NCBI GenBank assembly: GCA_950097015.1
Contig: CATNEN010000001.1
Coordinates: 19,220,001 to 19,284,000, forward strand
Length of the DNA stretch: 64,000 bases
Direction of reading: 5' to 3'
Source: Macrostomum hystrix
Lineage: Eukaryota; Animalia; Platyhelminthes
The translations under genes were made by a program, and so were the position numbers. Every line of letters starts with the position of its first letter. Position 1 is the first letter of the stretch. The notes below the pieces were generated by a model, which saw only the letters and a list, made by a program, of their open reading frames with translations, did no database searches and had not been told where the DNA came from. Shown here in pieces: positions 35,601-47,400 of the stretch.

Positions 35601-37011
35601 GTCCCGTGTTTCCCAATTCTGTCCCGTGTTTCCCAATTCTGTCCCGTGTTTCCCAATTCTACCCCCATGATTCCTAGTTCTACCCCGTGTTTCCCAATTC
35701 TCTCCCGTGTTTCCCAATTCTACCCCCATGATTCCTAGTTCTACCCCGTATTTCCCAATTCTACCCCCATGATTCCTAGTTCTACCCCGTGTTTCCCAAT
35801 TCTCTCCCGTGTTTCCCAATTCTACCCTCGTGTTTCCCAATCATTTACTATCTTCTCCCATTTTCCTTCTCTTCCCAAATTTTCCCCAGTCTTGCACCCA
35901 TTCTCCCTTGTCTAGATATTTCTCCATTGTTTTCCACAATTCTCCCCTTTCTGCCTTCCCAAATACTTCACTGTCTTCCCATATCCTACAAACCTTCATT
36001 CTGCATACCATCATCATTGATTTTAGATTAAGCAAAGTCGTCACTTTCGCTGCTCTTTCTGTCTCGGTCAGCAGCAGAAAAAGATGACAAAGACATTCTT
36101 GGATGTGACTGAGTGCGTCAAGCATACCCTGCGACGCCATTGTGGTAGTTGCTGCCAGTTCCACTGCTCTGCCTGCCTACTGCAGCAGCGGCAGCAGCAG
36201 CAGGACAGTTCGAGTCCATTCAGTGCTGTCTCTCTAGCGGGGCTGTTGGCCCACTTTCAAAGCAGTCACCTGGCGTCAGAGACGGCTGGTACCGCTGCTC
36301 GAATCCGAACCCTGGCCATTGTGCGATTTATCAACCAGACCAAGCATTCCTTCTTTCCTAAGTGAGTGGCTTCTTGGGGACCTGGGACTGGTAGATGGGA
36401 TGGACGGATATAAAAAACATTGACTACATTAGACAGGTAGATAATGAGTAGATCAGACAGGTAGATAATGAGTAGATCAGACAGGTAGATAATGAGTAGA
36501 TCAGACAGGTAGATGATGAGTAGATCAGACAGGTAGATAATGAGTAGATCAGACAGGTAGATAATGAGTAGATCAGACAGGTAGATGATGAGTAGATCAG
36601 ACAGGTAGATAATGAGTAGATCAGACAGGTAGATAATGAGTAGATCAGACAGGTAGATAATGAGTAGATCAGACAGGTAGATGATGAGTAGATCAGACAG
36701 GTAGATAATGAGTAGATCAGACAGGTAGATGATGAGTAGATTAGACAGGTAGATGATGAGTAGATTAGACAGGTAGATAATGAGTAGACTAGACAGGTAG
36801 GTCAGGAGTAGATTCGTCTGGATCTCTGTTAATCCAATCGCCTTATTTGATTCCCAAATTCAGTTCGCACGGGCGAGTCCTGCTAACTCAATTAAGCAGC
36901 AACAGTTCGTTGAGTCTCAGCCTGAGTGTGCCGCTGGTTCAGCCCAATGAGAACTCTGCGAGCTTTCCTATCCAGCCGATTATCAATCTCATGGCTTCCA
37001 CTTCGAATTGA
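26626..37011 (+). CDS. Cys/His-rich atypical zinc-finger protein, paralog 2 (about 1680 aa) with long 16-aa Ala/Thr/Ser/Pro repeat region and basic NLS; exons 26626-26746, 27800-31107, 33722-34425, 34964 (or 34940)-35390, 36027-36361, 36864-37011
   Basis: All junctions are GT-AG with matching phases (1,0,2,0,2); 5043 nt. Shares blocks with paralog 1 (AMHQLEFS/AMQSIHFS, VRIKY/VRIQY, AIKTE, YHCLDC...HW...HLLLPLP, FVFACANC/FVLACRRC, IKQSRHFRCSFC/IKWVRHLHCAFC, GRVLLT/GRVYLT). KKRKKKSSDKAKKR is NLS-like. The first exon is the least certain. Confidence 0.75.
26795..27720. repeat. Intronic 44-bp minisatellite (ctcctgtaacctcttacccctgcccatgatgtgtaataccccta)
   Basis: About 21 tandem copies. Confidence 0.95.
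28185..30660 (+). repeat. Three coding 48-bp tandem arrays (SKEPTAQTSVSSVAAT; SKAPTATAPVLSTEAA; SKAPPATPASPAVAAT)
   Basis: Arrays at about 28185-28780, 29015-29650 and 29840-30630, all within the 3.3-kb open exon. Confidence 0.92.
31385..33408. repeat. Intronic 15/16-bp purine-rich minisatellite (gagacacgggagagt / gagacacgggagagat)
   Basis: About 2 kb tandem array; source of the spurious minus-strand ORFs at 31189-33552. Confidence 0.97.
33420..33690 (-). mobile_element. tRNA-derived SINE-like head (B-box GGTTCGATTCC) adjoining a dispersed pyrimidine-rich repeat
   Basis: Reverse complement gagcggttgacgtgtctaaatctcgcacaatgttccctgggttcgattccgcggtgaggccacatccatttg aligns with 1963-2035. 33420-33550 matches 35490-35910 in inverted orientation. 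Confidence 0.55.
34440..34885. repeat. Intronic 22-bp minisatellite (cccctgcctgtgtagtctatta)
   Basis: About 20 tandem copies. Confidence 0.95.
35490..35990. repeat. Dispersed repeat copy with internal 20-bp tandem expansion (gtcccgtgtttcccaattct)
   Basis: Tandem part at 35560-35840. Flanks are similar to 33420-33550 (inverted) and 42700-42775 (direct). Confidence 0.75.
36428..36802. repeat. Intronic 24-bp minisatellite (agacaggtagataatgagtagatc)
   Basis: About 15 tandem copies. Confidence 0.95.
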
Positions 37012-37094
37012 GACGACTCATGTTCAGTTTCAGTTTCTGCGAAATCTCCAACCCTTCCAGCTTCGATACTTTATATTCTATTATTAATAACTAG

Positions 37095-38548
37095 CAGTCT
37101 TCCCAGATCCCCATTTACAACAGGCAATCTTCCCAAATCCCCATTTATAACAGGCAATCTTCCCAGATCCCCATTTACAACAGTCAATCTTCCCAGATCC
37201 CCATTTACAACAGTCAATCTTCCCAGATACCCATTTATGACACGCAATCTTCCCAGATCCCCATTTATAACAGGCAATCTTCCCAGATCCCCATTTTTAA
37301 CAGGCAATCTTCCCAGATCCCCATTTTTAACAGGCAATCTTCCCAGATCCCCATTTTTAACAGGCAATCTCCCCAGATCCCCATTTTTAACACGCAATCT
37401 TCCCAGATCCCCATTTATAACAGGCAATCTTCCCAGATCCCCATTTATAATAGGTAATCTTCCCAGATCCCTTTTTAAAATAGGCAAGCTTCCCAGATCC
37501 CCATTTATAATAGGTAAACTTCCCAGATCCCCATTTTTAACAGTCAATCTTCTCAGATCCCCATTTTTAACACGCAATCTTCCCAGATCCCCATTTTCAC
37601 ACGCAATCTTCCCATATTCCCATTTATGACACGCAATCTTCCCATATTCCCATTTATGACACGCAATCTTCCCAGATCCCCATTTATAACAGGCAATCTT
37701 CCCAGATCCCCATTTTTAACAGGCAATCTTCCCAGATCCCCATTTTTAACAGGCAATCTTCCCAGATCCCCATTTTTAACACGCGCAATCTCCCCAGATC
37801 CCCATTTTTAACACGCAATCTTCCCAGATCCCCATTTATAACAGGCAATCTTCCCAGATCCCCATTTATAATAGGTAATCTTCCCAGATCCCTTTTTAAA
37901 ACAGGCAAGCTTCCCAGATCCCCATTTATAACTCGCTATCTTCCCAGATCCCCATTTTATGATAGGTAACCTTCCCAGATCCCCATTTATAATAGGTAAT
38001 ATTCACAGATCCCAATTTATAACTCGCTATCTTCCCAGATCCAATTTATAACTCGCTATCTTCCCAGATCCCAATTTATATCTCGCTATCTTCCCAGATC
38101 CCAATTTATAACTCGCTATCTTCCCAGATCCCAATTTATAACTCGCTATCTTCCCAGATCCCAATTTATAACTCGCTATCTTCCCAGATCCAATTTATAA
38201 CTCGCTATCTTCCCAGATCCCAATTTATAACTCGCTATCTTCCCAGATCCAATTTATAACTCGCTATCTTCCCAGATCCCAATTTATAACTCGCTATCTT
38301 CCCAGATCCCAATTTATAACTCGCTATCTTCCCAGATCCCAATTTATAACTCGCTATCTTCCCAGATCCAATTTATAACTCGCTATCTTCCCAGATCCCA
38401 ATTTATAACTCGCTATCTTCCCAGATCCCAATTTATAACTCGCTATCTTCCCAGATCCAATTTATAACTCGCCATCTTCCCAGATCCCAATTTATAACTC
38501 GCTATCTTCCCAGATCCCAATTTATAACTCGCTATCTTCCCAGATCCT
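37095..38548. repeat. 29/30-bp minisatellite (tcttcccagatccccatttataacaggcaa, grading to ...cccaatttataactcgcta)
   Basis: Tandem array downstream of the paralog 2 stop codon. Confidence 0.95.
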
Positions 38549-39163
38549 CTGATATTTAGTCAGACCATGTTTATGCATTTTTTATGTGTTACAGTTTCCA
38601 TTGTAATTTATTGAACTGTTTGTTTAATTTTTGGTGCTGGGTCTAAATTTGCCTTGAATATCTTCAAACTCAATTGACTTCAAACTCTATTCGCTTTTCC
38701 GCGCAAAAATTGTTAGAATTTTACTTTTTTTTCATTTTGGTAATCTCATGTTTTTTAAATGTATTGTGCTGTATGACATTTTTATTACTGCCAATGTAAC
38801 AAATTAGCTTATCTATTATTCCTTTGCCTTATTAATTTAGCTTGAATAGTTTTTTTGTTTCATTTTCCTAAAAATTACTTCAAACTGAATGAGTATTATA
38901 ATGAATTAAAAATTCTAATTGCTTTTCTGCAAAATTTATTATTAATTAGTAATCTGACAATATTTATTGTGGACTTTGATATACATAAAATATGAGTGTA
39001 AAACTGTCTGTGAAACCAACTTAACTTTAAATGTTAGCATTTCTATAATTAGTAAGAGAACATTTTTTCTTATTGTTTCTTTTGAGCATGCTTCTATCCT
39101 ATTTGTTGGTTTGATAAGTAATCATAATCATGTGTAATTAATGTGTAAGGGGTGTTCTATCGC

Positions 39164-41070
39164 TGTGTTACTGATGTGTTACTGATTTGTTACTGATGTG
39201 TTACTGATGTGTTACTGATGTGTTACTGATGTGTTACTGATTTCTTACTGATGTGTTACTGATGTGCTACTGAATTGTTACTGATGTGTTACTGATGTGT
39301 TACTGATGTGTTACTGATGTGTTACTGATGTGTTACTGATGTGTTACTGATGTGTTACTGATGTGTTACTGATTTGTTACTGATGTGTTACTGATGTGTT
39401 ACTGATGTGTTACTGATTTGTTACTGATGTGTTACTGATGTGTTACTGATTTGTTACTGATTTGTTACTGATGTGTTACTGATGTGTTACTGATCTGTTA
39501 CTGATGTGTTACTGATTTGTTACTGATGTGTTACTGATGTGTTACTGATGTGTTACTGATTTGTTACTGATGTGTTACTGATGTGTTACTGATGTGTTAC
39601 TGATGTGTTACTGATTTCTTACTGATGTGTTACTGATGTGCTACTGATTTGTTACTGATGTGTTACTGATGTGTTACTGATGTGTTACTCATGTGTTACT
39701 CATGTGTTACTTATGTGTTACTGATGTGTTACTGATGTGTTACTGATGTGTTACTGATGTGTTACTGATTTCTTACTGATGTGTTACTGATGTGTTACTG
39801 ATTTGTTACTGATGTGTTACTGATGTGTTACTGATGTGTTACTGATGTGTTACTGATTTCTTACTGATGTGTTACTGATGTGCTACTGATTTGTTACTGA
39901 TGTGTTACTGATGTGTTACTGATGTGTTACTGATGTGTTACTGATGTGTTACTGATGTGTTACTGATGTGTTACTGATTTGTTACTGATGTGTTACTGAT
40001 GTGTTACTGATGTGTTACTGATTTGTTACTGATGTGTTACTGATGTGTTACTGATTTGTTACTGATGTGTTACTGATGTGTTACTGATGTGTTACTGATT
40101 TGTTACTGATGTGTTACTGATTTGTTACTGATGTGTTACTGATGTGTTACTGATGTGTTACTGATTTCTTACTGATGTGTTACTGATGTGCTACTGATTT
40201 GTTACTGATGTGTTACTGATGTGTTACTGATGTGTTACTGATGTGTTACTGATGTGTTACTGATGTGTTACTGATGTGTTACTGATTTGTTACTGATGTG
40301 TTACTGATGTGTTACTGATGTGTTACTGATTTGTTACTGATGTGTTACTGATGTGTTACTGATTTGTTACTGATGTGTTACTGATGTGTTACTGATGTGT
40401 TACTGATTTGTTACTGATGTGTTACTGATTTGTTACTGATGTGTTACTGATGTGTTACTGATGTGTTACTGATGTGTTACTGATTTGTTACTGATTTGTT
40501 ACTGATGTGTTACTGATGTGTTACTGATGTGTTACTGATTTGTTACTGATGTGTTACTGATGTGTTACTGATGTGTTACTGATGTGTTACTGATTTCTTA
40601 CTGATGTGTTACTGATTTGTTACTGATGTGTTACTGATGTGTTACTGATGTGTTACTGATTTGTTACTGATGTGTTACTGATGTGTTACTGATTTGTTAC
40701 TGATGTGTTACTGATTTGTTACTGATGTGTTACTGATGTGTTACTGATGTGTTACTGATGTGTTACTGATGTGTTACTGATTTCTTACTGATGTGTTACT
40801 TATGTGTTACTGATGTGTTACTGATGTGTTACTGATGTGTTACTGATTTGTTACTGATGTGTTACTGATTTGTTACTGATGTGTTACTGATGTGTTACTG
40901 ATTTCTTACTGATGTGTTACTTATGTGTTACTGATGTGTTACTGATGTGTTACTGATGTGTTACTTATGTGTTACTGATGTGTTACTGATGTGTTACTGA
41001 TGTGTTACTGATGTGTTTCTGATGTGTTACTCATGTGTTACTGATGTGTTACTCATGTGTTCCTGATGTT
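39164..41070. repeat. 11-bp minisatellite (actgatgtgtt)
   Basis: About 170 copies upstream of the ACBD5-like exon. Confidence 0.97.
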
Positions 41071-41249
41071 TTAGTAATATGATAGTAATGTGTTGGTGAT
41101 ATGTTCGTGATGTCTTAATGATGTGTTAGGGGTGTGTTGGGGACGTGTTAAAAAATTGCTCACGATTTATTGCTGATGCATTGTGTCGGTGTTTTGTTTA
41201 TTACAGCACAATACCCAGCCAGACAGTCAGCAGCAGCAGCAGCAGCGGC

Positions 41250-42227
41250 ATGGGCACACCCAAGGAGAAGTTCGAAGCGGCAGTCCGTGTGATTGGCAGC
41301 CTACCCAAGGAGGGCAGCTTCAAGCCATCCAATGAGCTGCTGCTGAGATTCTACTCACTGTTCAAGCAGGCTACTCAGGGGCCCTGTACTCAGCCTAGGC
41401 CGGGCTTCTGGGACCCCGTCAGCCGCTACAAGTGGGACGCCTGGCATTCGCTCGGCGACATGAGCAGCGAGACAGCCATGCTGGAGTATGTTGAGGAGCT
41501 GAAGAAAGTCATCGAGACCATGCCGCACACACCGGATGTGGAGTCATTTCTTGACACTCTCGGCAGCTTCTACGAGGTCGTGCTCGATCGGGGAGCGGCT
41601 GCCGAGTCGGCTTCGACCGCGGACGCGCCGGTGGCCACCTTCGCCATTGACGAGCCAGCGAATGCTTCGGATCTGTCCGATGACAATCCAGATGCCGCTG
41701 ACGATCGCGATGATGATTTCGGCGATAGACAACGACAGCTGAATGGCAACATTGAGGAGGACGATCTTGACGACGAATTCTGCGACACTGTTGAACGTCC
41801 GGTCGCTGCTGGCTCCGCCTCCACATCCGCTCCAGGCGGGCCGATCGAAGGTTTGGCTGTCTCGGCTTCTTCTGCTTATCAGCCGCCACCGACTCTGCAG
41901 CCTTCCGCATTGAAGCAGCAGAAAATGCCTCCTCCGTCTTCATCATCCAATGCGGCCGCTATTGCTGAAGCTCTTCGACAGACAAGAGAGATTCGAGAGA
42001 GTCTAGACCGACTGCAGGCCGATGTTGACAGGGTCCACGCCCGACTGGACGGTCTCGAAGTCGCCACCGTCGCCAGCTCCTCGACTATCTGGCGCAGACT
42101 GTTCGGTAATGTGTCTCCAGGCACATTGGCTCTGGTGCTGCTGTGGCCGCTGCTGCTGCAGCTGCTGCTTCGGGGTCGGGGACCCAATTCTTGGTTCCAG
42201 AGGAGACCGCAACCGAAGCGGCGATGA
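41250..42227 (+). CDS. ACBD5: Acyl-CoA-binding domain protein, ACBD5/ACBD4-like peroxisomal tail-anchored protein (325 aa, intronless CDS)
   Basis: ACB domain (FEAAVRVIGSLPKEGSFKPSNELLLRFYSLFKQATQGPC...P.FWDPVSRYKWDAW), acidic FFAT-like DDEFCDTVE, coiled coil, TM segment SPGTLALVLLWPLLLQLL, basic C-tail. Splice acceptor tttattacag| at 41206 upstream of ATG 41250. Confidence 0.9.
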   Translation: MGTPKEKFEAAVRVIGSLPKEGSFKPSNELLLRFYSLFKQATQGPCTQPRPGFWDPVSRYKWDAWHSLGDMSSETAMLEYVEELKKVIETMPHTPDVESFLDTLGSFYEVVLDRGAAAESASTADAPVATFAIDEPANASDLSDDNPDAADDRDDDFGDRQRQLNGNIEEDDLDDEFCDTVERPVAAGSASTSAPGGPIEGLAVSASSAYQPPPTLQPSALKQQKMPPPSSSSNAAAIAEALRQTREIRESLDRLQADVDRVHARLDGLEVATVASSSTIWRRLFGNVSPGTLALVLLWPLLLQLLLRGRGPNSWFQRRPQPKRR

Positions 42228-42469
42228 AATGCAAATGAAAAACAGCCTTGGCGTGTGCACTGCTTCAATGTGTTTCAAAATGGATTAAATTTGAAACCAT
42301 TTTTTTACTTTTCTACGATATTGATGACTTTCTGTGTGCGTCAGATTCTGCCTGATTTTGTTGCTTTGTTATTTGCTTTATTTTTTAAGTGCACTTGGTA
42401 GACAATTAACTTGTCAATTTGCGGTTAAGAATCATTCGTATCGTCCAGCACCTCAGTACACTCGCCATC

Positions 42470-42630
42470 CCCTGACCTATGACTCAATGACCCTGACACT
42501 TGACCCATGACCCATGACCCATGACCCTGACCCATGACCCATGACTAATGACCTATGACCCTTGACCAATGACCCATGACCCATGACCAATGACCCATGA
42601 CCCATCACCCATCACCCATCACCCATCACA
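42470..42630. repeat. 7-bp tandem repeat (tgaccca)
   Basis: Visible short array between the ACBD5-like and DYNLT genes. Confidence 0.9.
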
Positions 42631-43342
42631 AAAGTACACTCATAACTGAACCTAACCTTCTCCAATTCTCGCCCTATTCCGAAATTTTCGTCTCCCCTAA
42701 TTCTCCCCTTTTATATTCTCCCCTCGCGATATTCTCCACTATTCTCCCCTTTTCCTTCCCAAATACTTCCCTGCCATGAAGTTATTGGCCGCTCTCCTGA
42801 ACACTTACATTTTCATAATTTCCCTCATTTTTCTTATCAAACTCGGCTGTGAATCCGTGTGGTTATTTTTGCTCGCAGCAACAGAAAATTTGATTTTCAG
42901 TTTTCCATGGCAACATAAATTTGTGAGTTGTCATTTCTCATCAATTGCGATAGCGTTTCTTGTTTTTTAAAAAATAATAATTTAAGTTTCTATTTCTTTC
43001 AAAAAAGCTAGCAAACTTGTGCTTCGAAGTAGGTAATGTTCTGTTGCGAATTATTAGTTATTTTTTTCTCCGTGGATTATAATTCATTCTCAGTTTTCAG
43101 TGTAGCGGAATCTAGCTATGATTGTTAGTGTGAATTTTTTCCACTTAAATTACTACTGGTAGTAACAGGTTTTACTGTTCGATACATTAATTAGAAATAC
43201 ACTTTTTTATTTCTGTATACTACTAATAACCGTGTTCAAAGTTTTATAAATATTTTTTACATTATGTGTATCATAAATTAATAGACATAGCTCATTCAGT
43301 GCTTCTCGGGTTTAATCATTCTTCAGCCGTCAGAGTCTGTTC

Positions 43343-44308
43343 ATGGAGGAAGGCATTGCTCAAATCACCTTATTCAGCGTTGACGAGGTGTCGCAGATCA
43401 TCAAAGCCGGTATCGAGAACAGCATCGGCGCCTGCCAGTACCAACAGAACAGGGTCAACCTATGGACCTCCGCTATTATTGAGCATTGCTTGAATCATCT
43501 AACTAGGCTGGGTGAGTCCAAGCTCGTAATCATGCAAAAGTACATTCTCCTAAAAATTATGACAAAAGTACATTCTCATAAACATCATGAGAAACGTACA
43601 TTCTCATAAATATAAAATCATGACAAAAGTACATTCTCATAAACATCATGACAAAAGTACATTCTCATAAACATCATGACAAAAGTACATTCTCATAAAC
43701 ATCATGACAAAAGTACATTCTCATAAACATCATGACAAACGTACATTCTCATAAACATCATGACAAAAGTACATTCTCATAAATATAACATCATGACAAA
43801 CGTACATTCTCATAAATATAACATCATGACAAAAGTACATTCTCATAAACATCGTATCAAAAGTACATTCTCATAAACGTATCAAAAGTACATTCTGACA
43901 AACATGGCAAAGGTAGATTCTCATAAACATAAAAATACAACTCATAAGTATCAAGACAATAGTACACTCCTACATGCTTGACAAAAGTACATTCTCAAAG
44001 ATCTTCTCATCACTCAAAATATATCACTCAGATATAGACTGACATTCTTGTCTCATTTCAAAAGTACATGCTCTTAAGTTGCATTAAGACTCGGGCCTTT
44101 ATCGTAGCCCTAATGAGTCTCTCACGCATCAATCGCAGAGAAGCCGTTCAAGTACGTGGTGAACTGCGTCATCATGCAGAAATGCGGGGCAGGATTGCAC
44201 ACGGCCTCATCTTGCTTCTGGGACAGCCAGACAGACGGCTCATGCACCATCAAGTGGGAGAACAAGACCATGCATGTCATTGTCAATGTGTTCGCTTTGG
44301 CTATCTGA
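43343..44308 (+). CDS. DYNLT1: Dynein light chain Tctex-type (DYNLT1/3-like), 112 aa; exons 43343-43511 and 44139-44308
   Basis: [43 protein letters not shown]|[56 protein letters not shown]; phase-1 GTGAGT...cgcag intron. Confidence 0.93.
43535..43995. repeat. Intronic 28-bp minisatellite (aaaagtacattctcataaacatcatgac)
   Basis: Tandem array within the DYNLT intron. Confidence 0.93.
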
Positions 44309-44441
44309 GATCATTGAGCCTGCCATCGTCTGAAATCATAGTTGATTGGTTGACACATTTTCAATTCCGTTGTATCGAAAAGTGCATTCGATTAGTGATT
44401 GGGGTGTTCCATTGTATCGAGGTTCCATGTTTTATTGAAGT

Positions 44442-47400
44442 ATTCATTACTGTGAGGTCATGATCTCAGATTTGTAGGCTAATGAGCATTCATTAGTGTG
44501 AGGTCATGAGCACAGATTTGTAGGCTAATGAGCATTCATTAGTGTGAGGTCATGAGCACAGATTTGTAGGCTAATGAGCATTCATTAGTGTGAGGTCATG
44601 ATCTCAGATTTGTAGGCTAATCAGCATTCATTAGTGTGAGGTCATGATCACAGATTTGTAGGCTAATGAGCATTCATTAGTGTGAGGTCATGAGCGCAGA
44701 TTTGTAGGCTAATCAGCATTCATTAGTGTGAGGTCATGATCACAGATTTGTAGGCTAATCAGCATTCATTAGTGTGAGGTCATGATCACAGATTTGTAGG
44801 CTAATGAGCATTCATTAGTGTGAGGTCATGAGCACAGATTTGTAGGCTAATGAGCATTCATTAGTGTGAGGTCATGAGCACAGATTTGTAGGCTAATGAG
44901 CATTCATTAGTGTGAGGTCATGAGCACAGATTTGTAGGCTAATGAGCATTCATTAGTGTGAGGTCATGAGCACAGATTTGTAGGCTAATGAGCATTCATT
45001 AGTGTGAGGTCATTAGCACAGATTTGTAGGCTAATGAGCATTCATTAGTGTGAGGTCATGAGCACAGATTTGTAGGCTAATCAGCATTCATTAGTGTGAG
45101 GTCATGATCACAGATTTGTAGGCTAATGAGCATTCATTAGTGTGAGGTCATGAGCACAGATTTGTAGGCTAATGAGCATTCATTAGTGTGAGGTCATGAG
45201 CACAGATTTGTAGGCTAATGAGCATTCATTAGTGTGAGGTCATGATCACAGATTTGTAGGCTAATGAGCATTCATTAGTGTGAGGTCATGAGCACAGATT
45301 TGTAGGCTAATGAGCATTCATTAGTGTGAGGTCATGAGCACAGATTTGTAGGCTAATGAGCATTCATTAGTGTGAGGTCATGATCTCAGATTTGTAGGCT
45401 AATGAGCATTCATTAGTGTGAGGTCATGAGCACAGATTTGTAGGCTAATGAGCATTCATTAGTGTGAGGTCATGATCTCAGATTTGTAGGCTAATCAGCA
45501 TTCATTAGTGTGAGGTCATGATCACAGATTTGTAGGCTAATGAGCATTCATTAGTGTGAGGTCATGATCACAGATTTGTAGGCTAATGAGCATTCATTAG
45601 TGTGAGGTCATGATCACAGATTTGTAGGCTAATGAGCATTCATTAGTGTGAGGTCATGAGCACAGATTTGTAGGCTAATGAGCATTCATTAGTGTGAGGT
45701 CATGAGCACAGATTTGTAGGCTAATGAGCATTCATTAGTGTGAGGTCATGAGCACAGATTTGTAGGCTAATGAGCATTCATTAGTGTGAGGTCATGAGCA
45801 CAGATTTGTAGGCTAATGAGCATTCATTAGTGTGAGGTCATTAGCACAGATTTGTAGGCTAATGAGCATTCATTAGTGTGAGGTCATGAGCACAGATTTG
45901 TAGGCTAATCAGCATTCATTAGTGTGAGGTCATGATCACAGATTTGTAGGCTAATGAGCATTCATTAGTGTGAGGTCATGAGCACAGATTTGTAGGCTAA
46001 TGAGCATTCATTAGTGTGAGGTCATGAGCACAGATTTGTAGGCTAATGAGCATTCATTAGTGTGAGGTCATGAGCACAGATTTGTAGGCTAATGAGCATT
46101 CATTAGTGTGAGGTCATGAGCACAGATTTGTAGGCTAATGAGCATTCATTAGTGTGAGGTCATGAGCACAGATTTGTAGGCTAATCAGCATTCATTAGTG
46201 TGAGGTCATGATCACAGATTTGTAGGCTAATGAGCATTCATTAGTGTGAGGTCATGAGCACAGATTTGTAGGCTAATGAGCATTCATTAGTGTGAGGTCA
46301 TGAGCACAGATTTGTAGGCTAATGAGCATTTATTAGTGTGAGGTCATGAGCACAGATTTGTAGGCTAATGAGCATTCATTAGTGTGAGGTCATGAGCACA
46401 GATTTGTAGGCTAATGAGCATTCATTAGTGTGAGGTCATGAGCACAGATTTGTAGGCTAATGAGCATTCATTAGTGTGAGGTCATGATCACAGATTTGTA
46501 GGCTAATCAGCATTCATTAGTGTGAGGTCATGATCACAGATTTGTAGGCTAATGAGCATTCATTAGTGTGAGGTCATGAGCACAGATTTGTAGGCTAATG
46601 AGCATTCATTAGTGTGAGGTCATTAGCACAGATTTGTAGGCTAATGAGCATTCATTAGTGTGAGGTCATGAGCACAGATTTGTAGGCTAATGAGCATTCA
46701 TTAGTGTGAGGTCATGAGCACAGATTTGTAGGCTAATGAGCATTCATTAGTGTGAGGTCATGAGCACAGATTTGTAGGCTAATGAGCATTCATTAGTGTG
46801 AGGTCATGAGCACAGATTTGTAGGCTAATGAGCATTCATTAGTGTGAGGTCATGAGCACAGATTTGTAGGCTAATGAGCATTCATTAGTGTGAGGTCATG
46901 AGCACAGATTTGTAGGCTAATGAGCATTCATTAGTGTGAGGTCATGAGCACAGATTTGTAGGCTAATGAGCATTCATTAGTGTGAGGTCATGAGCACAGA
47001 TTTGTAGGCTAATGAGCATTCATTAGTGTGAGGTCATGAGCACAGATTTGTAGGCTAATGAGCATTCATTAGTGTGAGGTCATGAGCACAGATTTGTAGG
47101 CTAATCAGCATTCATTAGTGTGAGGTCATGATCACAGATTTGTAGGCTAATGAGCATTCATTAGTGTGAGGTCATGAGCACAGATTTGTAGGCTAATCAG
47201 CATTCATTAGTGTGAGGTCATGAGCACAGATTTGTAGGCTAATGAGCATTCATTAGTGTGAGGTCATGATCTCAGATTTGTAGGCTAATGAGCATTCATT
47301 AGTGTGAGGTCATGAGCACAGATTTGTAGGCTAATCAGCATTCATTAGTGTGAGGTCATGAGCACAGATTTGTAGGCTAATGAGCATTCATTAGTGTGAG

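Noticed and set aside
44068-44463. 131-aa ORF
   Set aside because: Alternative frame overlapping DYNLT exon 2; the conserved Tctex-1 sequence is in a different frame.
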